Below, one piece after another: positions 1 to 10,886 of a stretch of DNA of 64,000 nt. Below the pieces are notes generated by a model. The model did no database searches. It saw nothing but the letters and a program-made list of their open reading frames with translations, and was not told where the DNA came from. This stretch comes from a virus. Taxonomy: Duplodnaviria > Caudoviricetes. The position numbers were made by a program, and so were the translations under genes. The DNA lies in the IMG/VR virus record IMGVR_UViG_3300034126_000020, positions 212,811 through 276,810 of that record. One strand, 5' to 3'. Numbering within the stretch: position 1 is the first letter of the stretch; each line of letters opens with the position of its first letter.

Positions 1-596
1 CGTTCACGCGTGTTGAACACCTGCATCAGCGTCGGAGTCATGCCCCGTTCAGCTTTACGCAGGTCAGACAACGCTGGCAGGGTCTGAGGCAGATCAAACA
101 GGATGATGTGATGCCGTTCGTGTTCAGTCTTCAACTGATTGAACCGATCCCACTGAGTGGTCCTGAGGTTGCGCCAGTTCCACCAGCGACTCAAGGCCGA
201 CCGTTGATACTTGTACATCTGCGCGACCATGGCGTAGTTGACTACGAGCATGTTCAGGGGTTCTTTTGCCGCTGCTTCATAATCCCGCATTGGGCGGATG
301 GTCATGTTCTCGCGACGGTACTGCTGCATCATTGGAGCGAGTTGCTTGAACGTGGAACGAGGGTTACCCTCCTTCGATAGCAGGTCAGGGACATGGTCAA
401 TGAAGATCAGTCGCTGAGCCGCTTGAATGATCTGGCTGCCAGCAGCCGGACCCAGTTCGGTTTCATTCATCGGCATGTAGTGGACGTTGGCACCACGAGG
501 CAAACCGAATCGTGCGATTGGTCTTACTCGTGGGTTCTCCAACTCTCCTAGCCTACGGATGCCGAACAGTTTCATGTAGCGGTCATACAGAAACAT
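1..596 (-). CDS. Virion RNA polymerase beta-like subunit, 5' part (phiKZ gp178-like); runs off the window start
   Basis: Not in the ORF track (no stop in window). Manual translation from ATG at 596: MFLYDRYMKLFGIRRLGELENPRVRPIARFGLPRGANVHYMP...; overlaps the stop of the beta' gene. Identity comes from its position next to the DFDGD subunit, as in phiKZ-like phages. Confidence 0.55.
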   Translation of the reverse strand, partial: MFLYDRYMKLFGIRRLGELENPRVRPIARFGLPRGANVHYMPMNETELGPAAGSQIIQAAQRLIFIDHVPDLLSKEGNPRSTFKQLAPMMQQYRRENMTIRPMRDYEAAAKEPLNMLVVNYAMVAQMYKYQRSALSRWWNWRNLRTTQWDRFNQLKTEHERHHIILFDLPQTLPALSDLRKAERGMTPTLMQVFNTRE

Positions 597-2253
597 TACG
601 GCCATGTTTGAATCGTCCTGTCAGGTTGGTTACGACGTACTTGATGGTGTCGTAGTCGTAGGAGGATGTGAGGTTGCCCCCTGCATCGATCCAGTGGTTA
701 CGTGACCTGAGGATACGGTCATTCTCAACCAGAGCCTCTTTAGACATTACCAGTGTTGCTGAGCCAGTGTCACCATCGAAGTCCGCTGCCAACCCAACCA
801 ATTTGGTCGAGTGTGGGGACTGAGTGTCCATAAAGGACGTCGATCCCGTTTTAGGGAACTCTTGCGCCACATGCTCGTCATCGTCGTACGGTTGCCAGTT
901 GTCATCGAGCTCTACTCGACGTTCACCGACCACAGTCGTCTTGACGTACACACGGCTTGGGTAGATGGACCCTAGACCCGAGATCGGGTAACGACAGATC
1001 TGTGCATAGTAGCGGTTCCAGTATTGGTAACCACACAGGTACAGCAGTTCCACGAGGTTGATCGGGTGCACGTCATTGCGGTTCAAGTGAGCCGGCATGT
1101 CGTGGATGTCGAAGAACACCTTGAACGTGTTGTCCGGGCCTTTGTAGATGAGGGCCAAGTAATGACCTTCGATCTCAACCGGCCGTGTCCGCATCTCCGT
1201 CATCTGGTAACGGTCGATCACGCTGGTCAGACCATCACGGGTCGACCATTGGTCTCGGGTGTCTGGCGAGAGACTCACCCACGCTGGACGCAGGGTCTTC
1301 GGATCGATCAATTGAGCCTGACCTTCCCCGTTCTGAATCAGGTGCCCGAAGGTCCGACGCATGTGGTGAAGGGTCAATGGAGTCAGGCCTTTGATAACCT
1401 GGAACAACCCGAGGGTCGTGCTATCGAACCCTGGAGCGTTGGTGTCGTTGAGGTTGGCAATGGACGTATCCATCACGGTCAACACGTTCCGCGTACCGTA
1501 GACCACTTTACGAGAGGCCCACTTGTCCAAGATGAAACCGTTCTTACCTGCCAACATGCCTTCAATGAGGTCGTAGATCTCAGAGAGGGTATTGGTCAGC
1601 GCGTTCCGGGCAATGTTGAGTGCCGGAGATTCCATGTCGCTGGTGATCGGGATCGTGTTGGAGATCGACAGTGCACGGTAGTACAAGTCGTGGATCTCGT
1701 TCTTGGTGGTCACGCCGTTATCATCGACTTCGATGTCACGCATACCAGCAGGCAACACAGGGATGAATCGAGTCAGGGCAAACTCACGCCACTTCTCGAT
1801 GAATTCCACCCGAATACGACGGGTCGGTGATTTGGACTTACGCAGTTCCAGCTGTGGGAAGTGCTTCACGAAGAAGCTGTAGCCAGTCTCGGCCTTCTCA
1901 GAACTGTCAGCGATGAAGTCTTTGGTCACCGGGTCAAAGATAGCTGTCTCACGACCGGACACAATGCCGCGGTAGATAGACTTCAGACTCATGAGGTCAC
2001 GGAAGATCTTCGGATGGAAGATTTGGACCTTCAAGTCGATGTAAGAAAACGCACCATCACGCTCATCAGAACCCACACGTCCGAAGATGGTGGTGGAGTA
2101 CAGACCTTGGTCATGGAACTCAGCGCTGGCCCCGTCATAAATGTCGAGACTGGTGACGGGGGTCATGCGTGCGACACGTTCACGTGTGAGCACCATGGGC
2201 CAAACCTTGGCTGGAGTCTGGGCGTATCTAATGCCCGAGCCAGAGTCCGTCAT
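583..2253 (-). CDS. Virion RNA polymerase beta' subunit carrying the catalytic motif (phiKZ gp180-like)
   Basis: C-terminal AADFDGD catalytic motif; N-terminal GLYSTTIFG..FSYIDL..IFHP and LPAGMRD match beta' regions. Start set at 2253 (AAGGAG upstream; 2277 is the alternative) rather than the 2367 track start. Confidence 0.9.
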   Translation of the reverse strand: MTDSGSGIRYAQTPAKVWPMVLTRERVARMTPVTSLDIYDGASAEFHDQGLYSTTIFGRVGSDERDGAFSYIDLKVQIFHPKIFRDLMSLKSIYRGIVSGRETAIFDPVTKDFIADSSEKAETGYSFFVKHFPQLELRKSKSPTRRIRVEFIEKWREFALTRFIPVLPAGMRDIEVDDNGVTTKNEIHDLYYRALSISNTIPITSDMESPALNIARNALTNTLSEIYDLIEGMLAGKNGFILDKWASRKVVYGTRNVLTVMDTSIANLNDTNAPGFDSTTLGLFQVIKGLTPLTLHHMRRTFGHLIQNGEGQAQLIDPKTLRPAWVSLSPDTRDQWSTRDGLTSVIDRYQMTEMRTRPVEIEGHYLALIYKGPDNTFKVFFDIHDMPAHLNRNDVHPINLVELLYLCGYQYWNRYYAQICRYPISGLGSIYPSRVYVKTTVVGERRVELDDNWQPYDDDEHVAQEFPKTGSTSFMDTQSPHSTKLVGLAADFDGDTGSATLVMSKEALVENDRILRSRNHWIDAGGNLTSSYDYDTIKYVVTNLTGRFKHGRNVSV

Positions 2254-2317
2254 GAGACTCCTTGCTTCAGTGGTCATAAATGCTTCCCGTAAGTTTAGGA
2301 GTCGTTTCGACAGTTGG

Positions 2318-2321
2318 TATG
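2318..2321 (+). promoter_or_regulatory. Putative late promoter core (TATG) upstream of the large tail gene
   Basis: TATG 40 nt upstream of ATG 2361 in a divergent intergenic gap; TATG is the reported phiKZ late-promoter consensus. A 4-mer is weak evidence alone. Confidence 0.35.
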
Positions 2322-2360
2322 AAGGAGGCTTAGTATAATAAGCCAATTTGGAGAATTTCG

Positions 2361-5300
2361 ATGGCAAAGAAAGATGTCGATTTGGACCATCTCGACCTCG
2401 ACGATTTCGACTTTGACATCCCTGAGTGGAAGTCCGACTCCGAAGTCGACGACAATTCGAGAAAGCCCATTGAACGAGTTGCCAAAGGCGCTCTGTCCGG
2501 GGTTAAAGACGAGCTGGCCAGCAAGAACGCCCTGCGCAAAGCCTTGACACTGGCTTTGCCCTCGGGCTATGGCTTGGCCGCAGACACCATTGAGAACGTC
2601 GCAACCGACGCACGATCGCTATACGATAAGGTGACTGGCGACTCGCCTCAACTGGTTCGTGGTAGTAAAGCTTTCGGTCGTAAAGCCATGCAGCTGGTTG
2701 GTAACAAGCTTCTGACGAAGAAGGCTTCGGACCGACTCAACAGCGCACTGGAAGATAACGACGACGGCCCGGTCAAATCCGCGGCGCAATACCGTAAGGA
2801 ACAAGAAGACAACGACATCGCTCAATTGGCTGAGATCTTCAAAGCCAAGACCGGTGCCGATGAAGAGCGTGCGAAGCAAGAAGCCGCTGGGAAACTGGAA
2901 GACAAAGCTCTTGACCAGGTCCGCTTCAAGTCCAACATCCAAGTTCTGTCTGCTATCAACCGCTCCATGGCGCGGATGGTTGGCTACCAGGACAAGATCA
3001 CTGCCAAGTACCAGCAGAAGATGCTGGAACTCAACTACCGTCAGTTTGCGACACAGAAGCAACTGCTGGATGTAATGGCAGAAGCAACTCAGAAGCAAGC
3101 CCAGATCCTTGAATCCATTCGCCACAACACCGCGCTTCCTGAGGCAGTGAAAATCCGTGGCAGTGAGATGTTCAAGCAGATGGCGCATCAGCGTCTGATG
3201 GGGAGTGGTCTCAACACCATTTCCAACTGGTCTCAAAACTACACCAAACAAATCATGGACAACGTCCAAGGTCTTGTGCAAGGCGTCGTCAGTCCGCTGA
3301 CTGAAGCCCAAAACATGACTGAAGGCATGGACATCGACAAACACGCGATGGGCGGTCGTGTTGTAGGTTCGATGATCGGTTCCGGTATCCGTGATCAAGC
3401 TGCGATGCACGTTGCACCGTGGCTGTACAAGAACAAAACGATTGCCAAAGGCGGTGAAGCACTGCGCACCACGTTCTCTGGCATGCCTCAAAAGGTTAAC
3501 GAATACGCCCAGTCGGAAACCAAAGGCAACGGCTTCAAGTCTGTCATGACGCAGATGTTCAAAACCTTCCTGCCGCAGTTCTCTTTGGACTCGCGACCAG
3601 GTGGTGACAGCGTCGACAAACTGGATGAGATCGGCACGTTCGACAAGATTGCCCGTCGTTCCCTGATCGAGATCATCCCGGGGTACCTGTCTGAGATTGC
3701 TCACTGGTCCAAAGTGGCAGTCACGGGTGAAAAGGATTCCGAGAAGCAAGTGTACAACGTGGTCCGTGGTGGCTTTACATCTCAGGGTGAAAACCTGAAG
3801 GATGTGGGTCGTCAGATCATGAGCCGTTCGGAGCGTGATTCGCTGCGTACTGCCGCTGATGACTTCATCAAGACGATCGGTGGCGACACTATGTCGTCCA
3901 AGGCCCAGCGCGCCCTCAAGAAGAAATTGCTTGATGAGCTGGCCAACGGTCGTGACCTTGTGCCTAAACGCTTGGTTGATCCTGCCGAATACCCTAACGT
4001 TGACGTTGGGATTGTGGATGAGATCACTTCGCTGATTGCCGACACATTCAACCTTGATCACGAGGGGAATCGTCAGGACCAATCGACTGAAGGAGCTGGG
4101 CGATTCAACGACATCCGTGACAAGTTCCTGGGTATGGCGAGCATGATCCCCGCTGCGGGTGATCGCATTCGTATCTTGGGCGATGTCCTCGGCAAAGACT
4201 CCCTGCGCAAGTTGGGCTATGTTGAGCGTCAAGGCCGTGACGACCGGATCAACTACGACAAGATCTGGGGGTCAGTACTCGATGAAGATGACGAAGACGG
4301 CGCAGGCGGAGCTCCGAAAGGTGGCCCGGATGCTGATAATAGCGGTGGTAAGCGTTCTGATCGTGGTTCTCGGTCTTCTAAAGGTCGTCGCGATCTTTCC
4401 CGTCGTGCTGATCGAGCTGATCGCATGGATGGTGCTCGGCGTGGACTCGGACAAGGAGCCTCGGGCCTAGAACATTACCTCGGTGACAAGTCTACCCTGA
4501 TTACCCTGATCACTCAGTCGCGTGACTTCCATTCGGAAACGGTGGAACTGCTCAAGCAACTGGCAGCCTGTGGTTGCCATGGTGAAGGCAGTGGTGGGAG
4601 TAAGCTTGGCGATTACGGAACCCAGACCAAAGCCGCTATGAAGCGCATGCGCAAACGCGGTGGTCAGTTCGCTACACAAGCGAATCAATGGGGGCAAGAC
4701 AAGTTCAAGATGGGCCAAGAGAAGTACGGCACCGCTAAGCAACTTGCGAAGGACATCTGGATTCAGGGTGAAGACCACCCTCGCTTGGTAGAGGCTAAGC
4801 TTCAAGCCGGCGAGTACCGCGACAAGGTCTCCAACAAGGTGATCAAGAAGTGGGAAGACATCCAAGGTGATGTGATTGACCTCAAAGGCCGGACGGTAGC
4901 CCGTTACAACGAGATCGTCGATGAAGGCGTGATCGCGGACTATAAAGGAAAGATCACTGGCACGTTTGCTGAGAAGTACGCCAAGCTCAAGAACAGTGGG
5001 GCTGGGATGTGGGCAGCCGGTGCAGTTGCTGGAGGCCGTGCTCAGCTCGGCAAGTTGGGCGGTACCATCAAGGACATGAAAGGTACAGGCGGTGCTAACG
5101 AGTTCATCGACAACCTCGGTCGTCGGGTGTCTGATAAGGGCGCCATGGTCTCGAAAGAACTGCAACAACAACGTCGTAAGTTCAGGCCTCGTGTCAAGCG
5201 CATGATGTCTCGTTTCACTGGCGGTAAGGTGGGGGCTGATGTCACCAGCGAACTGACCGGGGATCAAGAACAAGACATGCTGACTCTGACGCTTCGTTCT

Positions 5301-8300
5301 GTGCAATTGCAGTACGAAACCTTGAAACAGGTGACCAAGGAAAAGGTGCGTAAGGGTTCGTTCACGGAGATCAACTCCAAACGTGACGAGATGGTGAACA
5401 AAGCCAAGGAGATGGCGAAAGAGAAAGGTCAAGCGGTGCAGGGGCTGTTTGGTAAGGCAGGAGGTCTCGCCGGCCTCATGGCAATGCTGAGCGGCAAGAA
5501 AGGACAGGATGGCGGAGATGAGGAAGGCGGTGGTGGTGGGATTATGGACAGCCTTGGCGATCTCTTCGGAGGCGGTGAGGAAGGTCGTAAACGCCGTGGC
5601 GGTCGGACTAACTCTCGTCGTGCAGGGCGTGTCGGTAAGCTGGGCAAGATTGCCAACTGGGGCGGTCGCCAACTCGACAAGATGGGGACGGCTGGTAAAA
5701 TCCTCAAAGGCGGTTTGAAAGGTGGTGCCTGGTTGACCAAGAACACAGCCAAACTCGGATGGTGGGGCGCTAAGACCGCTGGCCGTTTGGGGATGGGTGC
5801 GTTGCGGTTGGGCGGTAGTATCCTGACGAACCCGCTGACACGGATGGCAGCAGGCTTTGCAGGCCGGATGGCCATGGGTGCTCTGTTGGGTGCGGCTGGT
5901 CTGGTATCGGCGCCTGTATTGGCCGCTGTCGCAGTCGTAGGTGGTGCAATTGCAGTAGGTGCTTACATCTACAGTCGCAACAAGGACAAGTTGCCTCCAC
6001 TGACTCGCCTTCGCATGGTTCAGTACGGGATCAAACCCAAGACTGACAGCGATGAGCTGAAGACCCTGCTGGAACTGGAGAAGATCTTCGCTTCCCAGAC
6101 TGCTGTCGACTCGGAAGGTAAAGCCACGGTTAACTCTCAAGGCCTGCCTCAAGACAAGATCATGCAGCTGTTCAAGATCGACACCAGCATCCCGGCTGAA
6201 GAGAACGAAACCTACGGGCGCCTCATCAAATACCTGACGGGTCGTTTCTCTGCTGTCTACCTGCAACACGTTTCCAACATGCACGCACTGACCAAGTCCA
6301 TGGATCTGAGCCAGATCGACGCTAAGATCACTGGCAAGGTAGCCATGGGCTTTGTTGATAAGGTGGCAATGGCTGATCGTCAGGAAGTGTTCAATGCCAT
6401 GGTCGGTCCTTTCGAGGATGAGAAACTGGACATGGACTCTGGTGACGTGAAGGACACCGTTGCTGAGGTCAAGGGAGAGATCCAGGAATACATCAATGAA
6501 AACGAAAAGACAGGCAAAGACAAAACCGACCAGAACATGGTCGACGCTGTGGCTGCTGCTGGTGGGATCAGTGCTGGTGCTGTTGCTAAGGTCGCAGCCA
6601 ATGCTGATAAGCAATCCAGTGCGGGTACAGCTGCCTCGAAACCATCCGGAGCTGGTACTGGCGTAGAAGCCACCAGCAAAACCACTGGCGCTAACCTCAC
6701 TGCGGCTCAAACCGTTTCGTGGGCTGGCAATGGCGGCATGGCGGCTGCTGCAACTGCGGCTATCTTGGCTGGCAGTAACCGTGACGGTGAAATCGACGAT
6801 GGCAAACCAGTGCGGTACCGTGTCTACGGTCTGACTGAGATGCTGATGATCAAAGTCGGTCAACTGGATCGGTTGGAGGGTGCACTGTACCCACTGGTGA
6901 CCTACGACAACGAGAAGCAGGCGTTCTTCAAAGACCCTGCTCAGGCGTACGGCATTGCGGAAGCTTTGTTCTCGCCGATCGGCCCTGAGGCTGATTCGTT
7001 GTACGTGTGGTTCTACCGTCGGTTCATGCCTACCTTCTTGCAGTTCTGTTCCTCGGTCCGTGCGCGTGCTAACATTGACGCCAAGGATGCCGCTGAACGC
7101 CTGAAGCCACAAGAACTGTTGGAAGTCCTGAGAGAGACAGCCACCACTCGCGACAACTCCGGTATCTCCGTGTGGGATATCTCGGAATCGCCGTGGCCCG
7201 GTTACTACCTCAACGATGATGAAGAGACCGTCAAGGAACCTCTTTACATGCTGTCCACCAAAGTCAAAGACAAGACTCTCACTGAGAACGCTGCTGCGGT
7301 AGCGGGTCAAGTCCGAGACAAGGATGGCAAGATCATCGAACAGGATGCGACTCAGGTTAACCGTCCAGCTTCGGCTGATGGTCAGGGTTCGCAGTCCGCA
7401 GGCTCTGGTGGTGCAAGTGGTGCACCTAAGGAAGAGCAAGGCATCTTCTCCAGCATGTGGAGTGGTGTCAAGTCGGTCTTCGGTGGCGGTGATGACAAAG
7501 CCCCTCAACAAGGTAATGTCAGTCCTTCCGGCCAACCGGCAGGCACAGCCTCTGGCCCTACCGCATTTACACCCGGTACTCCGTTGACTCACCCAGGTGG
7601 TGGTTCGGGCGGTAACATCAACGATGTCCCAGCTCCAACGGGCGATGGTTGGGCGGCTACTCGTGCTACACTCATGTCGGCAGCTAACATGGTGGGGGTT
7701 GACCCTAACTTGGCAGCGTCGATTGCAGGTGTGGAATCGAACTTCAAGCCAAACGCCATTCCGTACAAGAACCCACGTAACCCAGGCGCAGGAGTCCTCT
7801 CCTCGGCAGCGTCGTTCTACCAAGTGATTAAAGGCACTTGGAAGTCGCTGATGGGCAAGTACGGTGCGAAGTACGGCATCAACCCGAACACCACCCAGCA
7901 TGACCCTCGGGCTAACGCCTTGCTGGGTCTGGAGTACATCAAGGAAAACATCGACGTCATCAAGAAGGTGAAGAACAACGTCACTGACACCGACGTTTAC
8001 CTCGCTCACTTCTTGGGACCGTATGGGGCCAAGCGCTTCCTGTCGGCCCCTCCTGGTGACCCAGCGATCAACCATGTAGGTCCTGAACAAGCCGCGGCGA
8101 ACCCGTCTATCTTCTACGATAAGAACAGGAACCCTCGTACCGTAGCGGCGGTGTATAACGACTTCGATGGGAAGTTGCAAAAACACCGTCAAGCTGATGC
8201 CATGCAGATCGCCAGTTCCATGAAAGGCGGTCAGCCAGTAGCAGGCGCTAGTACAGCTGCTGAAGGACCTTCCACCGCCGCAGAAGAGCAAGCCTCAGGT

Positions 8301-8747
8301 CAATCTACCGTTGCAGCCACCGGACCAGAAGTACCGTCCATGGTGAAACCGGCTGATGGGGCTACTCCAAATACTGTGGCAGAAAGCCCAGCCAATGCTG
8401 ACACCCCAGGAATGGCGGAGAAAGCAGACGCTCGTCAAACGCAGAACACCACTGCGTCCTTGGCGATGGCGGCCAAAACGGCTGAGGTGCAAAGCTCTGG
8501 CCAAACCGCTGCAAACACCAACACGTATGGTGGTGCAGATAAAATGATGAGCCGTCTGGTTGAAGTCAACGAGGGACAACTTGAACAGTTGATCTCCTTG
8601 GTGGAATTGATCAGGAACGGTGGCTCTGCAATGCCGAATGCGGCTCAGACTCCTTCGGGACCTCAGGTTGCACAGACAACGCAGAACCCATCGATCAACA
8701 CCCCTAAAGCTGCAAACAAGGGGACGGTTTCGGTAGGTCGGACGTAG
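2361..8747 (+). CDS. Tail-associated lytic transglycosylase / tape-measure-like protein (phiKZ gp181-like)
   Basis: 2128 aa; helical, Gly/Ala-rich body; hydrophobic segment GALLGAAGLVSAPVLAAVAVVGGAIAVGAYI; C-terminal SLT domain (VDPNLAASIAGVESNF...FYQVIKGTW...DPRANALLG...VYLAHFLG); divergent from the vRNAP beta' gene. Confidence 0.9.
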   Translation: MAKKDVDLDHLDLDDFDFDIPEWKSDSEVDDNSRKPIERVAKGALSGVKDELASKNALRKALTLALPSGYGLAADTIENVATDARSLYDKVTGDSPQLVRGSKAFGRKAMQLVGNKLLTKKASDRLNSALEDNDDGPVKSAAQYRKEQEDNDIAQLAEIFKAKTGADEERAKQEAAGKLEDKALDQVRFKSNIQVLSAINRSMARMVGYQDKITAKYQQKMLELNYRQFATQKQLLDVMAEATQKQAQILESIRHNTALPEAVKIRGSEMFKQMAHQRLMGSGLNTISNWSQNYTKQIMDNVQGLVQGVVSPLTEAQNMTEGMDIDKHAMGGRVVGSMIGSGIRDQAAMHVAPWLYKNKTIAKGGEALRTTFSGMPQKVNEYAQSETKGNGFKSVMTQMFKTFLPQFSLDSRPGGDSVDKLDEIGTFDKIARRSLIEIIPGYLSEIAHWSKVAVTGEKDSEKQVYNVVRGGFTSQGENLKDVGRQIMSRSERDSLRTAADDFIKTIGGDTMSSKAQRALKKKLLDELANGRDLVPKRLVDPAEYPNVDVGIVDEITSLIADTFNLDHEGNRQDQSTEGAGRFNDIRDKFLGMASMIPAAGDRIRILGDVLGKDSLRKLGYVERQGRDDRINYDKIWGSVLDEDDEDGAGGAPKGGPDADNSGGKRSDRGSRSSKGRRDLSRRADRADRMDGARRGLGQGASGLEHYLGDKSTLITLITQSRDFHSETVELLKQLAACGCHGEGSGGSKLGDYGTQTKAAMKRMRKRGGQFATQANQWGQDKFKMGQEKYGTAKQLAKDIWIQGEDHPRLVEAKLQAGEYRDKVSNKVIKKWEDIQGDVIDLKGRTVARYNEIVDEGVIADYKGKITGTFAEKYAKLKNSGAGMWAAGAVAGGRAQLGKLGGTIKDMKGTGGANEFIDNLGRRVSDKGAMVSKELQQQRRKFRPRVKRMMSRFTGGKVGADVTSELTGDQEQDMLTLTLRSVQLQYETLKQVTKEKVRKGSFTEINSKRDEMVNKAKEMAKEKGQAVQGLFGKAGGLAGLMAMLSGKKGQDGGDEEGGGGGIMDSLGDLFGGGEEGRKRRGGRTNSRRAGRVGKLGKIANWGGRQLDKMGTAGKILKGGLKGGAWLTKNTAKLGWWGAKTAGRLGMGALRLGGSILTNPLTRMAAGFAGRMAMGALLGAAGLVSAPVLAAVAVVGGAIAVGAYIYSRNKDKLPPLTRLRMVQYGIKPKTDSDELKTLLELEKIFASQTAVDSEGKATVNSQGLPQDKIMQLFKIDTSIPAEENETYGRLIKYLTGRFSAVYLQHVSNMHALTKSMDLSQIDAKITGKVAMGFVDKVAMADRQEVFNAMVGPFEDEKLDMDSGDVKDTVAEVKGEIQEYINENEKTGKDKTDQNMVDAVAAAGGISAGAVAKVAANADKQSSAGTAASKPSGAGTGVEATSKTTGANLTAAQTVSWAGNGGMAAAATAAILAGSNRDGEIDDGKPVRYRVYGLTEMLMIKVGQLDRLEGALYPLVTYDNEKQAFFKDPAQAYGIAEALFSPIGPEADSLYVWFYRRFMPTFLQFCSSVRARANIDAKDAAERLKPQELLEVLRETATTRDNSGISVWDISESPWPGYYLNDDEETVKEPLYMLSTKVKDKTLTENAAAVAGQVRDKDGKIIEQDATQVNRPASADGQGSQSAGSGGASGAPKEEQGIFSSMWSGVKSVFGGGDDKAPQQGNVSPSGQPAGTASGPTAFTPGTPLTHPGGGSGGNINDVPAPTGDGWAATRATLMSAANMVGVDPNLAASIAGVESNFKPNAIPYKNPRNPGAGVLSSAASFYQVIKGTWKSLMGKYGAKYGINPNTTQHDPRANALLGLEYIKENIDVIKKVKNNVTDTDVYLAHFLGPYGAKRFLSAPPGDPAINHVGPEQAAANPSIFYDKNRNPRTVAAVYNDFDGKLQKHRQADAMQIASSMKGGQPVAGASTAAEGPSTAAEEQASGQSTVAATGPEVPSMVKPADGATPNTVAESPANADTPGMAEKADARQTQNTTASLAMAAKTAEVQSSGQTAANTNTYGGADKMMSRLVEVNEGQLEQLISLVELIRNGGSAMPNAAQTPSGPQVAQTTQNPSINTPKAANKGTVSVGRT

Positions 8748-8754
8748 CTACGAG

Positions 8755-8790
8755 GGGTGAGTGGGGGAAACCCTGCTCACCCTTTCTTTT
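8755..8790 (+). terminator. Rho-independent terminator
   Basis: 12-bp stem GGGTGAGTGGGG/CCCTGCTCACCC (G-U pairs on + strand), GAAA loop, followed by TTTCTTTT. Confidence 0.8.
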
Positions 8791-8805
8791 ATCAGAGGTC
8801 AAGAC

Positions 8806-10881
8806 ATGGAAAACATTCTGGATGACAGCTGGGTCAAATCAGCGTTCCTGCTGCCCTCCGATCAGATCATGGGTGGTAACCAGGCGGCCATCAATCGCAT
8901 CTACTCCACGTCGATGCAGAAGGCTACTGATACGACCCTGGGTGGCAACTTTGTTATCAACCCACTGCCTCAGTTCACCCGTTACTGTGACCTGAAGCAC
9001 AACATCCTCACCAAGCCCAGTGGCCGTGGTAAAGACACCTTGATCCCTAAGGTCAGTCGCACCAACGGTACCAGTGCTAACTCGACCAACGGCATGGGTC
9101 GGGTGTACAGTGAGAAGTTCGACGACAACATGCAGGTGGTGCACTTCCGGTGTGGCTATCCGCAGTTCAACAGCCTGACGTCGTTCTATGCCAACTACTA
9201 CTCGATCCCTGCTGCCTCCATGGCGCGTTCGGGTCGGGCTCCAGGGTTCTTCTACACCTTGGGCTGGGCCGTAGGTTCGGTAGCCACCATTGGCCTCTTG
9301 CCGTTCATCATGGCAGGTAAGGCAATCAAGTTCTTCCTTCGTCGTCCTGCGTCGAAGTACTATTACCTCAAGCCGTCGATGCTGCCTTATTGGGGCGCTG
9401 TAAGCTCGATGGTCAACGCAATTGCCGCGAACATGGGTCTCATCCCTCGACCTATCTACGAGGGCGCTAAGGCGCTCTACGAGAAGGAGAACGGGATGGA
9501 TCAGACTGACGTCGATTCGTATCACCGTCTGATCCCGTCCATCTACCGTGCCAACGGCGGTATTGACGTATTCGCTGTAGCGCAGCGTGGTCAGAAGTTG
9601 GTGAACCACCGGCGTAAGTTGCTGGACAAACAGCTCGACAAGATCACCAACAAAGCAGAAATGCGTGAGGTGTTCAAGAAGCGGCTGTACGGTGAAGACA
9701 TGGGTGATGTGTACGCTATTGTCAACAAGATTGACAGCAGCTACGAAGCCTACGTGGACATCTGGAAGAACTCGGAGATGATGGGTCAGATCTCTGAGAA
9801 AGACACCAAGAACGAAGCCGTTGTTGAGAAGACAGGTCGGATGGATGAAGGTCTGTGGGAACGGACCAAGTCAGCCTTCAAGTCTGAATCGCGCATGGCC
9901 TCTGAGTTCGTCAGCTTCCGTGTGGACCACACCGGTACTCAAACCGAGTCCTTCAGCAACGGTACCAAAGAACCTTCGATCCAAGGTCAGATCAACGGCA
10001 TCTCTGCCTCTGCTCGTGAAACCCGGTTCAGCATGTTCGACGGTAACATTGAAGGTTCGGGGATTGTGCAGGGTGCGTTGGGTGCAGTGAAAGACTTTGC
10101 TCTCGGCATCGGGCAAGGTATCGGTATCCAAGGTCTGGCGCAGTTGGCCGGTTCTGCTTACGTCGACATTCCAAAGGTCTGGGACAGTTCCAGTGCAGAG
10201 TTCAACAAGCTCTCGCTGACCATCCCTCTGCGTTCCCCGTACGGTGATCCATTGTCTCGGTTGCAGAACCTGATCCTGCCGATGTGTTGTTTGTTTGCCA
10301 TGGCGGTTCCACTGTCCACCGGTAAACAATCGCACACCTCTCCATTCTTGGTAGAGTACTTCGCTCAAGGGCGTGCTCACTCTCGACTGGCGATCATCGA
10401 CAGCCTCACCATTACCCGTGGTGTTGGTGATGTGGGTTGGAACAACACCGGTGGTTTCCTCGGTGTGGACATTCAGGTTGGTTTGCTCGACCTGTCCAAC
10501 GCTGTGAACATGCCTCTGAACCCTTCGTTCGAGATCTCTGACCGTATCATCCAAGCCGCAGGCTATGGGGTCGGTGCAGGCGTTTCGTGGCTGGGCGGTG
10601 GGTCAGCCTCCACAGGCGGTGAAAACGGCGTAGCGGTCTCCTCAGCGATGCTGGGCTCTACGTACGACGACGATAACAACTACACGGACTACTTGGCCAT
10701 CTTGGCAGGCATTCCGTTGGAAGCTGAGATCAACAGTCTGCGTAAATGGGCCGTTCGTTTGGCTCGTCAACAGGCAGCGTTCGACGACATGGTGTCGCCA
10801 GAACGGATTGGTATGTGGGCGATGTCTGGTGTGACTGGCGAAGCTATCAAAGGCTTCAGTCAGGCTACCGATCGACAGTAA
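8806..10881 (+). CDS. Tail tip / baseplate-hub-type virion protein (phiKZ gp182-like)
   Basis: 691 aa from ATG 8806 (AGAGG upstream); directly follows the gp181-like gene; TTLGGNFVINPLPQFTRYCD-type motif recalled from this family. Confidence 0.7.
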   Translation: MENILDDSWVKSAFLLPSDQIMGGNQAAINRIYSTSMQKATDTTLGGNFVINPLPQFTRYCDLKHNILTKPSGRGKDTLIPKVSRTNGTSANSTNGMGRVYSEKFDDNMQVVHFRCGYPQFNSLTSFYANYYSIPAASMARSGRAPGFFYTLGWAVGSVATIGLLPFIMAGKAIKFFLRRPASKYYYLKPSMLPYWGAVSSMVNAIAANMGLIPRPIYEGAKALYEKENGMDQTDVDSYHRLIPSIYRANGGIDVFAVAQRGQKLVNHRRKLLDKQLDKITNKAEMREVFKKRLYGEDMGDVYAIVNKIDSSYEAYVDIWKNSEMMGQISEKDTKNEAVVEKTGRMDEGLWERTKSAFKSESRMASEFVSFRVDHTGTQTESFSNGTKEPSIQGQINGISASARETRFSMFDGNIEGSGIVQGALGAVKDFALGIGQGIGIQGLAQLAGSAYVDIPKVWDSSSAEFNKLSLTIPLRSPYGDPLSRLQNLILPMCCLFAMAVPLSTGKQSHTSPFLVEYFAQGRAHSRLAIIDSLTITRGVGDVGWNNTGGFLGVDIQVGLLDLSNAVNMPLNPSFEISDRIIQAAGYGVGAGVSWLGGGSASTGGENGVAVSSAMLGSTYDDDNNYTDYLAILAGIPLEAEINSLRKWAVRLARQQAAFDDMVSPERIGMWAMSGVTGEAIKGFSQATDRQ

Positions 10882-10886
10882 AGCGG

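Noticed and set aside
583-2367. Host chromosomal rpoC
   Set aside because: Only ~560 aa, highly diverged, and surrounded by phage tail genes.
2254-2367. Upstream-extended starts in the ORF track (also 8761, 11948, 18321, 22004, 34826, 39200, 43431, 44231, 44680, 45372, 46051, 57574, 59873, 61296)
   Set aside because: They overlap neighbouring genes or terminators; internal starts have better RBSs.
4467-8291. Very long antisense ORFs (1274 aa here; also 2619-4232, 54747-57371, 21989-23434, 31377-32768, 49366-50313 and many others)
   Set aside because: They are exact shadows of real genes, with no RBS and V/D/L/H/R-rich mirror composition; biased codon usage removes antisense stops.
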